A stretch of 64,000 nucleotides of DNA, from the NCBI GenBank assembly GCA_965247335.1, contig CBDFGU010000009.1, positions 395,519 to 459,518 of the forward strand, read 5' to 3'. The notes under the pieces are model-generated. The model saw only the letters and a program-made list of their open reading frames with translations. It was not told where the DNA came from and did no database searches. Source of the DNA: Rickettsiales bacterium (GTDB lineage Bacteria > Pseudomonadota > Alphaproteobacteria > Rickettsiales > UBA3002). Position 1 is the stretch's first letter. Each line of letters starts with the position of its first letter. Made by a program: the position numbers and the translations under genes. Positions 61,170 through 64,000 of this stretch are shown here, piece after piece.

Positions 61170-62491
61170 CTTTCCTCATTGCGTTTCGCGCGCAGCTTGC
61201 TCCAGTATTCGAGACGCTTGCTGATCTCTCGCTCGAAGCCGCGTTCGACCGGTGCATAGAACTGCTCGCGCTCCATTTCCTCAGGGAAATAATCCTGCCC
61301 GCTGAAACCATCCTCGGCATTGTGGTCGTAATCGTAGCCTTTGCCGTACCCGATCTCCTTCATCAGCTTGGTCGGTGCATTCAGGATATGCTTCGGCGGC
61401 ATCAGCGAGCCATGCGCTTTCGCTGCACGCTTTGCTGCACCATACGCCATATAGGCTGCATTCGATTTCGGTGCCGTTGCAAGGTAGATCACCGATTGCG
61501 CAATCGCCAACTCTCCCTCCGGCGAGCCTAAACGCTCATAGGTTTCTGTCGCCGCCAATGCCTGCACATGCGCCTGGGGATCGGCCATGCCGATATCCTC
61601 TACCGAGAAGCGGACGAGACGGCGGTTAATGTACCGCGGATCTTCCCCGCCCTCCAGCATACGGCAGAACCAGTAGAGCGCAGCATCGACATCCGAGCCG
61701 CGCAACGATTTATGCAACGCCGAAATGAGGTTGTAATGCGACTCCTGCGCCTTGTCGTACACCGGCGGACGTTGCTGTAGCAAAACGCTCAGCGTGCTTG
61801 TCGTTAAGGGCTCTTTCGGTGCAACGTCCCAGATAGCTTCCAACATCGAAAGCATAAATCTGCCGTCGCCATCCGCCATCGCGAGCAGCGCGTCACGCGC
61901 TTCATCCGCAACCGGCAGTTTTTTTTGTATCAGTTCCTCAGCCCGCGAAAGCATCAGTAATAACGCTTCAGGCGTCAGCCTGTTAAGCACCAATACCCGG
62001 GCGCGCGACAGCACCGCGGAGTTGAGTTCGAAGGATGGGTTCTCGGTCGTCGCGCCGATGAGCGTTACCGTCCCATCCTCCACCACCGGCAGCAGTACAT
62101 CCTGTTGCGCACGATTGAAGCGATGGATCTCATCGATGAACAGAATGGTGCGCTGACCCACCATCTGCCGCTCCCGCGCCACCTCGAAATGTTTCTTGAG
62201 ATCGTTGACGCCGGACGCCACTGCCGAAACCTGCTCAAGCACGTAACCCGCCTCCTCCGCCAGCAATCGCGCAATGGTCGTTTTGCCGCAACCCGGCGGG
62301 CCCCACAGGATAATGGATTGCAGATGCTTCGCCGCGATCATTCGCGACAGCACGCCTTCGGGCCCGGTCAGATGCTCCTGCCCGATCACTTCCGACAGAA
62401 CCTGCGGACGTAGTTGCTCAGCAAGCGGAATGGTCCGCATTGGTGTGCCGAAGAGTGAGTCTTGGCTAGTCGTTTTCTTGTTGCGGCTCAT
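61166..62491 (-). CDS. rarA: replication-associated recombination protein A (AAA+ ATPase)
   Basis: 'LAEQLRPQ.L.EV.GQ.HL', 'ILWGPPGCGKTT', 'LFIDEIHRFN..QQD.LLP..E.G' and 'HYN.ISA..KS.RGSD.DAALYW' fit RarA/MgsA. Confidence 0.93.
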   Translation of the reverse strand: MSRNKKTTSQDSLFGTPMRTIPLAEQLRPQVLSEVIGQEHLTGPEGVLSRMIAAKHLQSIILWGPPGCGKTTIARLLAEEAGYVLEQVSAVASGVNDLKKHFEVARERQMVGQRTILFIDEIHRFNRAQQDVLLPVVEDGTVTLIGATTENPSFELNSAVLSRARVLVLNRLTPEALLLMLSRAEELIQKKLPVADEARDALLAMADGDGRFMLSMLEAIWDVAPKEPLTTSTLSVLLQQRPPVYDKAQESHYNLISALHKSLRGSDVDAALYWFCRMLEGGEDPRYINRRLVRFSVEDIGMADPQAHVQALAATETYERLGSPEGELAIAQSVIYLATAPKSNAAYMAYGAAKRAAKAHGSLMPPKHILNAPTKLMKEIGYGKGYDYDHNAEDGFSGQDYFPEEMEREQFYAPVERGFEREISKRLEYWSKLRAKRNEES

Positions 62492-62537
62492 TCGTGGAAT
62501 ATAGGAATCAATTGGGCCGCATACCAGTGCTAATCAT

Positions 62538-63110
62538 CTAGCGGAAGTAACCTTGATAGCCCGTTTCGCGCTTCGTCAACGGATGCAGCGCATACGTAAT
62601 ATCGCCCACATGCACGCCCAGTTTGCTCAATGAAACGCGATTGATGGCCGAATCATCCGGCTGCAGGTACGTCCAGTCATCGCCGGCCAGAGAAAGGGTA
62701 CTGCCGTCCTCGCGCGGCGCGAGGAGCGTATACGTCATATGCATGGCATAGCCGCGCGTTTCGCCATGCACATCGCCATCGATCTGGGTGGCGGTGGCAG
62801 TGAAATTCTCACCGCTTTCATCAACGCGAATATGCCACGTCTGTTGCAGGAATAACTTGCCTTGGTCATTCCATTGTTTTTCGACTACCGTGCCCTCGTT
62901 ACCCTGCCAGCTCGGCACGAGCGTCGCGTAATAACGATCCGTCACCGCGCCACTGCGATCCTGGAATACGCCGTATCCGCCAATCGGCACACCGTAGAGT
63001 TGCTTGACCGTAACGTCGGGCTTTTTACCTGCATAATTTTCAGTATCCGGTGCGGAGCAGGCCGCAAGTGTGCATAAAGAAGCCGTGGCAAACATCAATG
63101 ATAGGCGCAT
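62538..63110 (-). CDS. DUF3833-family lipoprotein
   Basis: The signal/lipobox is 'LCTLAACS'. The body ('G.GVFQDRSG.V..RY', 'GYAMHM.Y.L', 'DDW.YLQPD') fits the DUF3833 pattern. Confidence 0.65.
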   Translation of the reverse strand: MRLSLMFATASLCTLAACSAPDTENYAGKKPDVTVKQLYGVPIGGYGVFQDRSGAVTDRYYATLVPSWQGNEGTVVEKQWNDQGKLFLQQTWHIRVDESGENFTATATQIDGDVHGETRGYAMHMTYTLLAPREDGSTLSLAGDDWTYLQPDDSAINRVSLSKLGVHVGDITYALHPLTKRETGYQGYFR

Positions 63111-63178
63111 GATCAAATCCTTTGGTATAGATTTAACCAAAGCAGATGCTGCATAAGCATACGATGTTGTTAGTGGAT

Positions 63179-63208
63179 AAAAAAAAGTCGCCCGAAGGCG
63201 ACCTTTTT
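63179..63208 (-). terminator. rho-independent terminator of rplQ
   Basis: The minus strand reads 'ggtcgcc ttcg ggcgac' followed by 'tttttttt'. Confidence 0.8.
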
Positions 63209-63229
63209 CATTTCGTTTGCAGCAATCAC

Positions 63230-63736
63230 CTATGCGGCAGTTGCGGCTGCCTTTTTCGATTTTGCAACCTTACCGCTGTTCGCCTTGCTGCTTTTCGCGG
63301 CCTTCGGCGTAGCGGCAACTTCAGCGTCTTCGCCGGTCACTTCTTGACCCGGGCCCGAATCCTGGCCACGCGCATTTTCGTCACGGTCGACGAATTCGAT
63401 GATCGCCATTGGGGTTGCATCGCCGTAGCGGAAGCCAGCTTTCAGTACGCGGATGTAACCACCCGGGCGGCTTTCGTAGCGTTTGGCCAGCACGCTGATG
63501 ACTTTTTCCGCCATTCCAGCATCACGCAGGCGGCTGATGAGCAGGCGGCGTGCCGCGAGATCACCCGCTTTACCGGCGGTGACCAGCTTTTCGACGATCG
63601 GGCGCAGGTCTTTCGCCTTCGGCAGCGTCGTGAAGATCTGCTCGTGTTTGATCAGTGCACATGCCATGTTCGCGAACATCGCCTTGCGATGTGATGACGT
63701 ACGGTTCAGCTTGCGACCGCCTAGTTGATGTCTCAT
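63230..63736 (-). CDS. rplQ: 50S ribosomal protein L17, with a Lys/Ala-rich C-terminal extension
   Basis: '[35 protein letters not shown]' is canonical L17, downstream of rpoA. The start was moved to 63736. Confidence 0.95.
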   Translation of the reverse strand: MRHQLGGRKLNRTSSHRKAMFANMACALIKHEQIFTTLPKAKDLRPIVEKLVTAGKAGDLAARRLLISRLRDAGMAEKVISVLAKRYESRPGGYIRVLKAGFRYGDATPMAIIEFVDRDENARGQDSGPGQEVTGEDAEVAATPKAAKSSKANSGKVAKSKKAAATAA

Positions 63737-63882
63737 AATACCTTCCTCCAGTTGAAAGTCCCTCGTTTCACTCGGTGTACTTTCAACTGCTTTAGTTGCC
63801 AATCGCTGGTCGGAAGTAAATTCCGCCCACCGACTGTAGTTATTTTCTTCACTTCAATATCGAAGATTTTGAAGTGCGTTAC

Positions 63883-64000
63883 TCAGTATGGGTCCTCAAA
63901 CTTACGTGCCAGTTCTTCGATATTCTCCGGCGGCCACCCAGTGACCTCCATCCCGAAACGTAGGCCCATATTGTTCAGCACTTCTTTGATCTCGTTGAGC
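63883..64000 (-). CDS. rpoA: DNA-directed RNA polymerase alpha subunit, C-terminal 38 codons (5' part outside the window)
   Basis: The minus-strand translation '..[38 protein letters not shown]' matches the end of the alpha-CTD. It sits in the expected rpoA-rplQ arrangement. Confidence 0.85.
   Translation of the reverse strand, partial: LNEIKEVLNNMGLRFGMEVTGWPPENIEELARKFEDPY

Overview
This 64-kb window reads as an alphaproteobacterial-type core chromosome segment; spot counts give roughly 55-60% GC. It holds about 60 protein genes, mostly housekeeping: glyQ/glyS, ppdK, rnhA, thrB, nth, clpS/clpA, motA/motB, an arginine succinyltransferase (AST) operon, lipB, mgtE, msrA, rsmB, guaB, rlmE, ppx, folE, maf, pccA/pccB, aceA, rluC, crcB, rarA, rplQ and the 3' end of rpoA. 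It also holds one tRNA-Leu(GAG) and a 23S-5S rRNA unit. I found no CRISPR array, transposase, integrase or recognisable defence island. The observations most worth following up are listed here. (1) Two families of short dispersed repeats each occur once in intergenic DNA and once in frame inside a conserved gene: a 70-nt double-hairpin palindrome (astC/M20 spacer and the ATP12 chaperone gene) and a 31-nt GTCACCC-type repeat (ygfZ and the clpS stop codon). This resembles the Rickettsia palindromic elements. (2) The 23S-5S unit has its own strong sigma70-like promoter, no 16S gene and no spacer tRNAs, plus about 170 extra nt (an intervening sequence) in 23S helix 9. (3) A roughly 205-nt element closed by a long helix lies in a 690-nt AT-rich gap; it could be a structured RNA or a MITE. 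(4) glyQ, an unlisted 38-codon lipoprotein ORF, panD, glyS and ppdK form a translationally coupled chain. (5) The AST operon carries a CPG2-like M20 hydrolase where astE would be expected. (6) Several lineage-specific genes look secreted or effector-like: a Met-rich repeat protein, a pentapeptide-like beta-helix protein, an orphan AT-rich pilin, and a 'GELH'-motif protein followed by a secreted trypsin-like protease directly downstream of clpSA. All functional calls come from reading motifs in the translations, with no database search.
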